Below are positions 8,757 through 18,499 of a stretch of DNA of 64,000 nucleotides, piece by piece. Within the stretch, counting starts at the first letter, position 1; every line of letters starts with the position of its first letter. The notes beneath the pieces are model-generated. The model saw only the letters and a program-made list of their open reading frames with translations, was not told the DNA's origin and made no database searches. This stretch comes from Candidatus Woesearchaeota archaeon (lineage in GTDB: Archaea; Nanobdellota; Nanobdellia; Woesearchaeales; SKGA01), in assembly GCA_046546105.1 (NCBI GenBank), contig JBKGYN010000003.1:2178-66177 (forward strand), written 5' to 3'. The translations under genes and the position numbers were made by a program.

Positions 8757-10511
8757 TCAGGTTTCCACTTGCAGTTTCTGTTTCTGGAGCAGCTTGTAGA
8801 ACCGGTCCCGTTTTTCCATTAGCTTTCTGAACGTCCCTTGTTCCTTGACCCGACCGTGTTCCATATAAACGATCCTATCAACATTCTCCAGCGTCGAGAG
8901 TCGGTGCGCTATGATGATGATAGTCTTACCTTCAATCCTGTCGATAGCATCCTGTATGCTTCGTTCGGTTCTCGTGTCAAGGTGTGAGGTCGCTTCGTCC
9001 AGGATGATGACTGATGCGTTCCTGTAAAGAGCTCGCGCGATGCTCACTCTTTGTCGCTCTCCGCCGCTGAGCTTGTATCCTTTCTCTCCGATGATCGTCA
9101 GGAGTCCCTGCGGCAATTTCCTGATGACCTTGCTAAGCCCTGACGCTCGTATCACATAGTCGAGTCGTTTCTTGTCCACGCCGTTTTGCGAGAGCGTGAT
9201 GTTCTCTCTCAACGTCATGTTGAACACTTCCTGATCCTGTGACACGACTGTCACTTCGTTTCTCAAGTTATAGCGCTTGATGTCAAGCAGGTTTCGTCCA
9301 CCTATGCGTATCGCTCCGTTTGTCGGTTCATAGAGTCGCAGGAGCAATTTGATGAGTGTCGACTTTCCGGCTCCCGAACCTCCGACTATTCCTACTTTCT
9401 CGTTTCTCCGGATAGTCAAGTCAAGCCCTTGCAGTATGTCTTTCTGGTCATATCTGAATCTTACCTTGTCAAAGCGTAGCTCCTTCCAGCCTCGCGGCAC
9501 ATTTTTCTTTCCTTGCTTGTCGAATGGTTTTTCATGGAGTTGCAGTATCTCTTGCAGTCGCTGCATCTTCACCTTGAACTGTATGAGGTTCAGGCTGATG
9601 TTTGAATACTTCGAGATACCATTCGCAAACCGGGTATAGTACCCTGTAAATACCACGATCCGCCCTACCGTTATCGCTTGCGCCACCACATCGTATCCTA
9701 CAATCAGGAAAAAGATCGCGTGGCCGAGTGTGATGAGCACGTTCACCGCTTTCATCTTGTTCTGTGAAGTCACTTTATGCTTTTCCCAGAGCTGCTCGTA
9801 TTGTCTCTCGTGCGAGTGCATCGAGTTCTTGAATCGCTTGTGCAGCCCAAGCGATTTTATTGTCATGATGTTGCTTGCCGCTTCGTGCGCCTTTCCGGAG
9901 AGCGTTTCCTGTTTCTTGTGCAGATCCTTCGATCGCTTGTATAGCTTGTTCTCGTAGTACTTCTCCACCGCTATGTAGATCGCTGCGAATAGGAGCATGA
10001 ACATCACGTACTTCCAACCGACAAAGAAGAATATGATGATCGCGCCCACGAAGTCGATGAGAAACGCCGCCAGTTCGTTCGATAGCAGTCGTGCAAAATC
10101 ATGCGAGCTTTTCGAACCGCTTTGCACCCGTTGCACCTTGTTGCCCGTGTTCTCCTTCTCATGCCAGAACAGGTCGAGTTCGAGCAGTTTCGTGAAACCT
10201 CTCATCCGTAAATGTTTCTGCGTTTCCATCCCTGCCTTCTGTATGAAGAATTTCGAGTAGAATCGTGTGATGACTTTCACGACTCCTACCACGAATATCC
10301 CTCCGACTAGCCAGTGGAATTCTGTCAACACCTGCCCTTGCTCGTAGTTGATGAAGAAGTCCACGATGCGTCCTGTCAAGTATACTGCCAGGAAGGTCAG
10401 TGAACCGCTTGCTATCCTCAACGCCAGCATGAGAAGCAGTTTCAGTCTGTTGCCAGGGTACGACCTGTACAGGTCTTCGAAATAGTTCTTATACGTATAG
10501 TCTTCCGCCAT
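8757..10511 (-). CDS. ABC transporter, fused permease/ATPase (MsbA/multidrug exporter type)
   Basis: N-terminal 6-TM region; Walker A GGSGAGKST, signature LSGGERQR, Walker B ILDEATS. Confidence 0.85.
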   Translation of the reverse strand: MAEDYTYKNYFEDLYRSYPGNRLKLLLMLALRIASGSLTFLAVYLTGRIVDFFINYEQGQVLTEFHWLVGGIFVVGVVKVITRFYSKFFIQKAGMETQKHLRMRGFTKLLELDLFWHEKENTGNKVQRVQSGSKSSHDFARLLSNELAAFLIDFVGAIIIFFFVGWKYVMFMLLFAAIYIAVEKYYENKLYKRSKDLHKKQETLSGKAHEAASNIMTIKSLGLHKRFKNSMHSHERQYEQLWEKHKVTSQNKMKAVNVLITLGHAIFFLIVGYDVVAQAITVGRIVVFTGYYTRFANGISKYSNISLNLIQFKVKMQRLQEILQLHEKPFDKQGKKNVPRGWKELRFDKVRFRYDQKDILQGLDLTIRRNEKVGIVGGSGAGKSTLIKLLLRLYEPTNGAIRIGGRNLLDIKRYNLRNEVTVVSQDQEVFNMTLRENITLSQNGVDKKRLDYVIRASGLSKVIRKLPQGLLTIIGEKGYKLSGGERQRVSIARALYRNASVIILDEATSHLDTRTERSIQDAIDRIEGKTIIIIAHRLSTLENVDRIVYMEHGRVKEQGTFRKLMEKRDRFYKLLQKQKLQVET

Positions 10512-10739
10512 GTGTCACCTCGCAATTCGATTTCGCCTGAGGCGGAAACATTCCGCCCCAGTATATATACTGCGTTTCTCATATAAAAAGATTTGTGTTT
10601 TTTACTATGTGTTAATGACAACAACCAACGAAAGATTTATATAGAAGTGTATCTTTATTGATAATTAGAAGGTGAACAGACGCTTCGCAATCGATTTCGC
10701 CCATCGATTTCTCCAGTAAGAATTCTAATCAGAACTATC

Positions 10740-11615
10740 TCAATTACTTCTATGTATCGACAGCTTGTGATGGGAGTAGGTGAGTTGCGCGCCGAAGAGA
10801 AGCACATGCGCGGAATAATACAGCCACAAGAGCATGAACAGTAGCGATCCTGCAAACCCGTAAGTGGTCAGCAGCGGCGCTACGGAGACATACCAACCGA
10901 TAAGAAGTCCTCCGAGAAGAAAGAGAAAAGTGGCTGTCCCTGCACCGAATGCCGCACTCTCCATGTTTATATGACGTTCTGAAAGAAAGCGATAGCTCGT
11001 GAAAAAGAATATGAAAACGAACACGATTGAGATGATAGTAAGAAACAGGTTGACGAGTACAGGCATCGAAAGCGAGGGAAATTGCGAGGCGAGTCGTGAT
11101 TGTATCGAGTGCAGCAGAATCCTTCCTATGACAAAGAGCCCGAAGCTGAGACCTGTGAGAAAGACAAGCAGAAAACCATACAAGTTCCGTTTGAGAAATA
11201 TCTTGACATTAAGCCGTAACGGTCGCGCCGTCCGGTAAATCATATCGATAGATTGCTTGACATGGATGATTGCCTGCGAAGCGAGAAAGAAAAGCGCTAT
11301 GAGACTCAATATGATGACCAGGATGTTTGTCTCGAGAATGTGAAAGCTTGAGACCAGACCCGAAAGGATTTCTGTAGCAGGCATACCAACAGTTTCTGAA
11401 AACACCAGGTAGAAGTGAGTGGTCACCAGCTCGGAGCGCAGGAATATCTGCAAAACCTCCATTATGATAAGAAGGAATGGTCCTAGCGAGAGGAGCGTGA
11501 AAAAAACAAGTGCAGCAGAGAGCCAGGTGATGTTTTTTTCATATGCCTCCTCTAGAGTGTTCGAAAAGACCTTTGCCAGGAACGAATAGCTTCTTTTTGT
11601 TGTCTTGCTGCCCAC
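10740..11615 (-). CDS. Polytopic membrane protein, YihY/BrkB-like
   Basis: ~6 predicted TM helices; N-terminal ITWLSAALVFFTLLSLGPFLLII resembles the YihY family signature. Confidence 0.45.
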   Translation of the reverse strand: MGSKTTKRSYSFLAKVFSNTLEEAYEKNITWLSAALVFFTLLSLGPFLLIIMEVLQIFLRSELVTTHFYLVFSETVGMPATEILSGLVSSFHILETNILVIILSLIALFFLASQAIIHVKQSIDMIYRTARPLRLNVKIFLKRNLYGFLLVFLTGLSFGLFVIGRILLHSIQSRLASQFPSLSMPVLVNLFLTIISIVFVFIFFFTSYRFLSERHINMESAAFGAGTATFLFLLGGLLIGWYVSVAPLLTTYGFAGSLLFMLLWLYYSAHVLLFGAQLTYSHHKLSIHRSN

Positions 11616-11725
11616 ACACCCACCTCAATACCAGAATGATTGCATGAGACCGTATTTAAAAATTGCGATTAGGAAAACAGCAAATAGAAAGGGTTAAAAA
11701 TCCAAGAATCAAGGAATATGATACA

Positions 11726-11836
11726 ATGGTCGAAGATAGGGAGTTCATCAGGTGCCCGAAGTGCCATAAGAAAGTCCACGTGACCGAGAGTATCTGTCCT
11801 CACTGCGGAGAGCTTCTCAACCGCCCGATAGTTTAG
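11726..11836 (+). CDS. Small zinc-ribbon protein (36 aa)
   Basis: MVEDREFIRCPKCHKKVHVTESICPHCGELLNRPIV has two CPxC pairs; not in the ORF track because it is under 60 aa. Confidence 0.3.
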   Translation: MVEDREFIRCPKCHKKVHVTESICPHCGELLNRPIV

Positions 11837-11841
11837 GATTA

Positions 11842-12921
11842 TCACTTGAAAACTTTCTTCACATATTGTGAGCCCATGAGTTTAGCCACGGCCATGTAAT
11901 CAGGCTTGAATCTTATCGTATCCCCGACCTGATACTCCGTCTCATTCTTAGTGAATCGATAGACCGTCATGTCAGAAGTCGTTCCGACAAACTCTACATC
12001 AGGATCCTTCGGCACCAGTAAGTGTTCATCGACATCAACGATACCGAAATCGACAATCGCCTTATAGTTAGTATCGCTTAATGTCTCTTTGGTCGAGATA
12101 TGACCCACATTTCCGTCAGAGATCGTTCCCACAGGCCGGTTCGGTTTCTCCCAGAACTCGATGATGTCAGTGGAGAATTCAAAAGAATCCGTGTGAAAGT
12201 CAAGAAACTGCTTATTATCATATGGTGATGTACCGAGAAAGATCGCTTCACCGATCCGGAAGTGGTTGATGAGGTTATCGACTTCGGGACCCAGAAGAGG
12301 AAGCGTTATAGAGGTCCCCCCTGAGATGAGATCTATCTTAGTGTCGAATCGTTGTTCGAGCAATTCCTTATACAGCGATAATTGTACCAGCTTATCATAG
12401 CTTGGCTCGACCCCATACATACAACCCAGGTTCGTCCCTATCCCCATGATCTTAACGTTCGAGAGGTTGAAAGCTCTAGTATACAGATCAACCAAATCCT
12501 TACCAAGGATCCCTTCGCGTAGTTCGCCGAGTTCGATCATGATGATCGTCTTATGGATTTTTCCCTGTCGTTTGGCCTCCTCATTTATATTCTCCATCGT
12601 GCGTAGTGTCGTGTTATAGGAGATGTCTGCATAGCGTACCACATCGTCCAGTTCATTCAATGAAGGAGGCTTGATATATGCAGTCGTGATGTCCGGATCG
12701 ATTTCTTTAATGGTCTTGAGATTAGTGATTCGGGAATCCCCTATCGAGTTTATATCTTTGATCACATCTGCAGACAGGACCTTTCTAAGCGCGTCCTTGC
12801 TACCGGCCAGCGCCTTAACTACAAGGGACCACTCCATCCCATGTTCTTTCATCAGCCTGTGTGTCTTCTCGATGTTAGAGATGATCTTTCCAGTATCAAT
12901 TATCAGTTCTGCCATTTTCAA
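11842..12921 (-). CDS. PLP-dependent amino-acid racemase, YhfX-like (COG3457, alanine-racemase N-domain fold)
   Basis: LVVKALAGS (PLP-lysine region), GDSRITNL, and MIELGELREGILGKDL...IMGIGTNLGCMYGV closely parallel E. coli YhfX (MVELGDLREGIL...LVGIGTNLACFGGV). Confidence 0.7.
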   Translation of the reverse strand: MKMAELIIDTGKIISNIEKTHRLMKEHGMEWSLVVKALAGSKDALRKVLSADVIKDINSIGDSRITNLKTIKEIDPDITTAYIKPPSLNELDDVVRYADISYNTTLRTMENINEEAKRQGKIHKTIIMIELGELREGILGKDLVDLYTRAFNLSNVKIMGIGTNLGCMYGVEPSYDKLVQLSLYKELLEQRFDTKIDLISGGTSITLPLLGPEVDNLINHFRIGEAIFLGTSPYDNKQFLDFHTDSFEFSTDIIEFWEKPNRPVGTISDGNVGHISTKETLSDTNYKAIVDFGIVDVDEHLLVPKDPDVEFVGTTSDMTVYRFTKNETEYQVGDTIRFKPDYMAVAKLMGSQYVKKVFK

Positions 12922-13031
12922 ATCGTCTGTAATCCAAAAGAAAAGAAATCCAGATTAATATTTAATCATTTTTATTCAAGAGTAGTGAACTTGAGCAAGA
13001 TTTTTAAATTGAATTTCATTTTTTCTCTAGT
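12922..13031. promoter_or_regulatory. AT-rich divergent promoter region (racemase <-> ATP-grasp ligase)
   Basis: 110-bp AT-rich spacer with several TATA-like runs (tttttaaatt, ttaatatttaat) between divergent genes. Confidence 0.35.
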
Positions 13032-14267
13032 ATGAAACAGCCGTATGTGTTCATCTCACCAGAATACACCAACTCCCGACCACTCATCGATCTCATGACT
13101 GGTTATGAGCCTATTTTTTTGTGTATCAACGCCCCGTATGATGATCCTAACACTATCGCATTCCCCCGGGCACGAACCCTGGAAGATTTCCGGAGGCTTA
13201 TCGATAATTCGCAGCAGATAAAGAACCTTATCGAAAACCTGAGCAGCAAAGAGAAGGTGTATCTCAAATCATTTGAAAACAGAAAAGAACTCACCAGCAT
13301 CCAACGGGGAAAACTGGAAGTCATCGGTCTTGATCATGTTACGCACAAGTTTTTCAGCGATAAGTGTAACCAGTATGAACTCCTGAAGAATGTTGTTCCC
13401 ATCGTCAATCACACAGTCACTGATAAGGAAAATGCAAAAGACCTTTTTGAAAAACATCAGACTGAGAACGGTACCTTCACATCATTGCCCTTCGGGTTCG
13501 GAGGTAATGGAGCGAAGGTGCATTCGGATAAGGAGCAGTTCTTGAAATACATACGTTCAGTGCCTGATGAGAAGTTCATCGTGGCAGATGCTAAACAGAT
13601 TCGAAGCAATTACTCGATTGAAGCCTTGATCGCTAACGAACATGAGATCGCTATCTTCGGACTTTCAGAATCAATTCTTGATGGTACCTGTTCGACAGCT
13701 GCCTGGTCTTCCCCCGAAATATCTCCTTCATTGAAACGTCAGATTACAGAAGCTGCGTATCATGCATCCAAGAAAATCGCGGAACAAGGATATTTCGGTT
13801 ATGCGGATCTTGACTTTTTCGTTGATAAGCAGGATAATCTGTATTTTGCGGAATTGAATCCTCGTTACGCCGCATCCACTGCTGAAAAAATGTGTGCTTT
13901 AGAACTCTCCCGTCCACCCGGACATCCGACCATTCCCGATCTTGAATTGATGATACATCAACAAAGGACCATGGGAATGTATTCGGTGTGGTCTGAACCT
14001 GAAAATATCAGATGGTATAAAGAAGAATTTTGGATGACTGATGGTGTGGTCATCAATGATTACTCCAGACCCGACATTTCTGAGCAGGAACTCTTCAGAC
14101 AGAAGGGAACAAACATTTATGGAGCTGCTAAGGTCGGAACAAGAATCGGCAGCGAGGAGAAAAAGATCGGCAAGTTAGTATCCGTCTATGATAATAACAT
14201 CACAAAGAACCAAGCGTACCAGCATGCTCAGCGCATCAAGAGCGAATTATTCCAAAAATCAGAATAA
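13032..14267 (+). CDS. ATP-grasp ligase, D-Ala-D-Ala-ligase-like
   Basis: C-terminal GYADLDFFVDKQDNLYFAELNPRYA matches the ATP-grasp Mg/ATP-binding motif (R.DFF...g..y..E.N..PG). Confidence 0.65.
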   Translation: MKQPYVFISPEYTNSRPLIDLMTGYEPIFLCINAPYDDPNTIAFPRARTLEDFRRLIDNSQQIKNLIENLSSKEKVYLKSFENRKELTSIQRGKLEVIGLDHVTHKFFSDKCNQYELLKNVVPIVNHTVTDKENAKDLFEKHQTENGTFTSLPFGFGGNGAKVHSDKEQFLKYIRSVPDEKFIVADAKQIRSNYSIEALIANEHEIAIFGLSESILDGTCSTAAWSSPEISPSLKRQITEAAYHASKKIAEQGYFGYADLDFFVDKQDNLYFAELNPRYAASTAEKMCALELSRPPGHPTIPDLELMIHQQRTMGMYSVWSEPENIRWYKEEFWMTDGVVINDYSRPDISEQELFRQKGTNIYGAAKVGTRIGSEEKKIGKLVSVYDNNITKNQAYQHAQRIKSELFQKSE

Positions 14268-14272
14268 AAATT

Positions 14273-15214
14273 CTAAAGCGAATTATACTTATCTTCTACA
14301 GACTTGCAGATTGTTGATGCCAGATTGTACAAGCCATAGATCGTTCCCAGACCTGTTCCTGAACCATTTATCTCAAGCAAGTGATCTCCCTTGAAGTCGA
14401 TGGCCCCATAAAACAAGCCAGTCTGATCGATGGCATCATAGACAACATCGAGTTTCTGTTTTTCAAACGGTACGAAATAAGTGTCGATGGTTTTCTCCTT
14501 GCCGACATCCCCTGATCGGAGGAATTCCTGAGCGAATAAAGGTTTTCCAGCCATCACGATATATCGGTCTTCTTGTTTTGAGCTATTCACGCGTTCAAAG
14601 GAAGAATTCCTGATGACTTCTTCCGAGATAGATTCAAGCGATCTGTCTGGTGAAAGATACTCCACACCTCGAGCCATGAACCCTATATCGGGTTTGAGAA
14701 CGACACCATTTTCCTCTTTGATCAGATCGTAGAGCTCGTCCCGAGAATCCACTCTCCATGATTCGATAAATGGCAGATCAAGTTTTTTTTGCTCAGGTTT
14801 CAACTCGAAATAAGTGGTGCGAGCACTGTTCAGCATCAATGAAACCTGATTTTCAAGGTTGAATAGGTGGTTAAAAAACGTCCGTTCATTCTGGAATTTT
14901 GAGGACTCATCTTCCCCCAGCCCTCTGATGAAGACAACATCTGCATCAGGTCTCGAGTTCTCATTGATCTGTTCTGTCGAGACCGAGGATATATCTCTGG
15001 TAAACTGGTTCTCTCCGCCGTTGAGTTTCCATTCTGAAGCGAAATACACTCCAGAATCATCAGCTTTGATATCTCCAGGATGGATATACGTGACCTCATG
15101 ACCTCTTCTTGAGAACAGGTTGTAGAGATAGATATCTTCAGAAAACGAGACTTCCCCATTTTTTCGGTTGATGAAATCAGTCATTGATTTATTTGATGTG
15201 AACGTGATCTTCAT
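14273..15214 (-). CDS. ATP-grasp ligase, glutathione-synthetase (GshB)/RimK-like
   Basis: N-terminal MKITF...LFSRRGHEV resembles the GSH-S N-domain; VVLKP.IG..ARG and GLFYGAIDFKGDHLLEINGSGTG are the ATP-grasp C-terminal motifs. Confidence 0.65.
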   Translation of the reverse strand: MKITFTSNKSMTDFINRKNGEVSFSEDIYLYNLFSRRGHEVTYIHPGDIKADDSGVYFASEWKLNGGENQFTRDISSVSTEQINENSRPDADVVFIRGLGEDESSKFQNERTFFNHLFNLENQVSLMLNSARTTYFELKPEQKKLDLPFIESWRVDSRDELYDLIKEENGVVLKPDIGFMARGVEYLSPDRSLESISEEVIRNSSFERVNSSKQEDRYIVMAGKPLFAQEFLRSGDVGKEKTIDTYFVPFEKQKLDVVYDAIDQTGLFYGAIDFKGDHLLEINGSGTGLGTIYGLYNLASTICKSVEDKYNSL

Positions 15215-15226
15215 ACTCTAACACCT

Positions 15227-16315
15227 CTAATTTGCTACTTCTATCTCTTCGTTCAGAAGTGTTGCTTTTGCAAGCTTTGTCTTTTGGACATGCTCATAGA
15301 CGAGCTTATCGAAATATTCAGCCACTCGTTCGCCAAAAGTTGGTCCGATATCGCTGTAATTGGCGTAGGCTGCAGGGTTCATCAGTTCTGCCTCGATAAC
15401 ATGAGGTTTCCCGTTGATTTCGATGAGATCGATCCTGCTATAATGAACAGAGTATCCCCAATCACGCCATACTTTCAGAACTGACCGTGCGAATGAGATC
15501 TCTTCTTCAGTGGGTTCGTAAACGGAAACTGTACCGCCCATTGATTCGTTTGACCGATACTCATCCTCTTTTTTCGGATTAGGCATCTTCAGTACTGCAT
15601 GCGAGAATTCATCACCGAGGAATACAAGGCTTTTCTCTCCGTTCTTTCCACTAGGATAATATTCCTGAGCGATATAGTGTTCCTTGTTAGCGATTTGCTC
15701 TTTGATTTCAGTGACCTCTGAAGTCTTGATCTGGCCAGCACCCCCTTCACCGACCTTAGGCTTGATGACGAATTCTTCTCCAGCTTCCATCCGAGCGATA
15801 ATATTCTCATCAAGATGGTACGTCTTTACAGAAGGTACATTCTCCCTGTTCAGGTCAATCAAGTATTCTTTCGATATGTTTTTCCGGATGGTTTTCGGAT
15901 CGTTGATGACAAGACCACCAGTATTTTCGAATACCTGTACCATCGAGAGGAATTTCTTCAGTGATAGCTCGTCTTTGGAAAATTCCAGAAATTGATAGAC
16001 AAAGAATATATCGATTTCGTTTATCGAGACCGGCTCGACAAATTTTTGTTCATTATATGAGAACATCCGGGAGAATCCAGTCCCATTGAAATCATGCCAG
16101 TTGACGAAGTAAACATCATAGTTTTTAAGCATAAGAGAATATGCGAAGTGGAGGGAATCCCGTTCATCGGTATTATAGTAGATCTCAAAGTGATTTTCGG
16201 TCGAGCGGACCCGGTCTTCTGCCAGAGTGAATAAGACTTTTTTCGAGGAGGTTTTCAGGACGTCATCAACAGTGATTGGTTTATGAAGTTTTTGGTCGGT
16301 CATCATAGCTGCCAC
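15227..16315 (-). CDS. ATP-grasp ligase, GshB/RimK-like (second copy)
   Basis: FVIKPKVGEGGAGQ and SRIDLIEINGKPHVIEAELMNP are ATP-grasp motifs. Confidence 0.65.
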   Translation of the reverse strand: MAAMMTDQKLHKPITVDDVLKTSSKKVLFTLAEDRVRSTENHFEIYYNTDERDSLHFAYSLMLKNYDVYFVNWHDFNGTGFSRMFSYNEQKFVEPVSINEIDIFFVYQFLEFSKDELSLKKFLSMVQVFENTGGLVINDPKTIRKNISKEYLIDLNRENVPSVKTYHLDENIIARMEAGEEFVIKPKVGEGGAGQIKTSEVTEIKEQIANKEHYIAQEYYPSGKNGEKSLVFLGDEFSHAVLKMPNPKKEDEYRSNESMGGTVSVYEPTEEEISFARSVLKVWRDWGYSVHYSRIDLIEINGKPHVIEAELMNPAAYANYSDIGPTFGERVAEYFDKLVYEHVQKTKLAKATLLNEEIEVAN

Positions 16316-16605
16316 TCCGTTTTTAAGTAGACGAAAAATATATTATTTAAATTTTTAGTTTTTTAAAACTATATTAAATTAAATTTAAAGATCGAAAAAC
16401 AATATGAAAAAGGAAAAGAAAAGCAAATTGAACTTCATTGAAATAAAAAAGAAAAAATAAGATAAATTAATTAAAAATCCAAAAAAACCACTCAAAAATG
16501 GAAATGAATACACCCCCGAATTCCGAACCAAAACAAGACCCAGAACACACAACTTCAAAGACAGAAGATACCAAGACAAGGCATTGAAAAAATTCTTATA
16601 TATGA
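16316..16605. promoter_or_regulatory. AT-rich divergent promoter region
   Basis: 290-bp very AT-rich spacer between divergent genes; only poly-A/T and purine-rich runs, no long ORF. Confidence 0.35.
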
Positions 16606-17604
16606 GTGATGCATCACGAAGCGATAATGATAAAAACCGGGACTAAAATCGATTTCAAGAAGTTTCGCCGATTGAAGATAGGTAAGAATACATTCAAGAA
16701 CACCGATCTTTCAATAGGGCTTGTAGCCCCTTCGTACTGGGTTTCGAAAAAGTCCCGACTGTTGGCTAAAGAACGGCTGAAACATCTCGGTTTCAGCAAG
16801 ATTGATGCTGAGTCAGATCTGTTCAAGAAAAGATATTTCTGGGGTGGAACCCCGAAACAGAGAGCCGAAGTCATCAACAAGTTCTTCAGCGACGATTCGA
16901 TTGACATCATCTGGTGTTTAAGAGGAGGCTTTGCTTCAATCGCGGTGCTTGAGCATCTTGATTTCGATACCATCGCAAATAACAAGAAGCTATTTATCGG
17001 CTACAGCGACATTACCACCTTGCAACTTGCTATGATGGCAAAATCAAACCTGCCATCTGTACAGTTCTACATGCCAGGAACAAAGAACTGGATGACCAGC
17101 GAGAACGACATCAAATACCTATCAGCAATCTTGACAGGTTCTGATTATAAAGCCAAAATCAAAGATAAGCAGATTTACACTTCAGGGTTTGCCGAAGGCC
17201 AGATCGTCGGCGGGTGCATGGACCTTGTGGTGTCAAGCCTGGGAACTCCTCATGAGATTGATACGGATGGCAAAATCCTGTTCATCGAGGATGCCAACAT
17301 CCCCCCTGACAGATTCTATAACATGCTTTATGTCTTGAAATTCGCAGGTAAACTCAAGAATCTTAAAGGTTTGATTGTCGGTAAGATCTATAATTGCAAA
17401 GACTACCAAGAGTATCTCCAGCTGTTCCTTGATGAACTCCGTGAAACAGTGACCTACCCCATCATCATCGATTATAAGTCAGGCCACACGTTTACAAAAA
17501 TTCCTATCCCGCTTGGCGGATACTGCGTTATCGACACCGATGCAAAAGAAACCCGTTTCTCATTCCCCGAATCATTCAAAGAGTTTCTTCCAGTAAAGCA
17601 GTAA
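16606..17604 (+). CDS. LD-carboxypeptidase (peptidase S66, LdcA/MccF-like)
   Basis: IGLVAPS, GGF and GYSDIT (Ser nucleophile) motifs of the S66 family; the likely start is the internal Met near 16627. Confidence 0.75.
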   Translation: MMHHEAIMIKTGTKIDFKKFRRLKIGKNTFKNTDLSIGLVAPSYWVSKKSRLLAKERLKHLGFSKIDAESDLFKKRYFWGGTPKQRAEVINKFFSDDSIDIIWCLRGGFASIAVLEHLDFDTIANNKKLFIGYSDITTLQLAMMAKSNLPSVQFYMPGTKNWMTSENDIKYLSAILTGSDYKAKIKDKQIYTSGFAEGQIVGGCMDLVVSSLGTPHEIDTDGKILFIEDANIPPDRFYNMLYVLKFAGKLKNLKGLIVGKIYNCKDYQEYLQLFLDELRETVTYPIIIDYKSGHTFTKIPIPLGGYCVIDTDAKETRFSFPESFKEFLPVKQ

Positions 17605-17783
17605 TGAAAAACCGTCAAAAACCTCTTAAAATAATTCTCAACACAAACCCAGGGAGTACGGCGAATCAGAAGTAAAGAAACAACCCACATTCATAAATAA
17701 ACCCATCAACACACCCAACCAGTATACAAAATACCATACAGAAACACAACATTTATATACTAGTTCTGTTATATACACGAACT

Positions 17784-18188
17784 ATGGTCGTTTTGTTTAA
17801 CCGGTTCAGCCTCCCTGACAACGTGTTGGAGATTGTCTTTGCGACGACACAACAAGTCGAGGTAGCGAAGCTCCTCATCGACAACATGAAACTCAACGGC
17901 AATGAGATCGGTAAGACAGAGATGAGCATGTTTGCCAGTGCGCTGCACGAAGGCAAGATTGTCGAACAAGAAGGTGAAGGTCCTTTCGGGAAAAAGAAAA
18001 AGGTGAAAGTGTCTTATAACAAACGTCAGTTTTACGATAGGATCTTGACACCCATGAAGACAATGGGCATGATCGAATACGACATGTACAAGAAAACGTA
18101 CAAACTGAGCGAGAGTTTCAATAAAGACATGATGCGCATCGGCCTGATGTGGCTTCAGGAGTTGCGTAAACCCCCTACAAACCAATAA
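17784..18188 (+). CDS. Hypothetical protein
   Basis: K/E-rich ORF with coding-like composition, preferred over the overlapping antisense ORF 17769..18185, which is H/C/F/R-rich. Confidence 0.35.
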   Translation: MVVLFNRFSLPDNVLEIVFATTQQVEVAKLLIDNMKLNGNEIGKTEMSMFASALHEGKIVEQEGEGPFGKKKKVKVSYNKRQFYDRILTPMKTMGMIEYDMYKKTYKLSESFNKDMMRIGLMWLQELRKPPTNQ

Positions 18189-18189
18189 C

Positions 18190-18480
18190 CTCTCCTAAAC
18201 GGATGAGGTATATCGGTGCTTGAGGTTGGCAAAGATGGCTTGAAAGCCAGAATAGGAGTCTGGCCTCAAACAATCAATAACCACCCCCACATGACCACGA
18301 TTGGTCAAACACACCCAAACAAGTGGAAATCATGGTGACCCCATGATTTTCCTCTTATGGTGAACATCACATTGACCCCATAAGGAAGAAGTGGCCTCTA
18401 TGGTTTACCACTAAGTTCTTTACAAACCACCCCTCCCCTAACTACCCTCTCTCCATAGAGCGCCCCTTCTTCTTTTTCTT
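18190..18480 (+). ncRNA. Candidate structured non-coding RNA (unassigned)
   Basis: C/A-rich non-coding stretch with several perfect hairpins: aaatcatgg-tgacc-ccatgattt (9 bp), cttatgg-N18-ccataag (7 bp), tggct-tgaa-agcca (5 bp), ttgagg...cctcaa; strand not established. Confidence 0.25.
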
Positions 18481-18499
18481 TTTTTTATCACACAAAATC

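Noticed and set aside
17769-18185. 138-aa minus-strand ORF overlapping 17784..18188(+)
   Set aside because: H/C/F/R-rich improbable composition; the plus-strand ORF looks more protein-like, though neither is certain.
18190-18480. Identification of the hairpin-rich region as SRP RNA or RNase P RNA
   Set aside because: A GGUGACC string resembles eukaryotic 7SL, but the archaeal helix-8 AGCA/GNRA signature and RNase P P4 motifs are absent; left as an unassigned ncRNA candidate.
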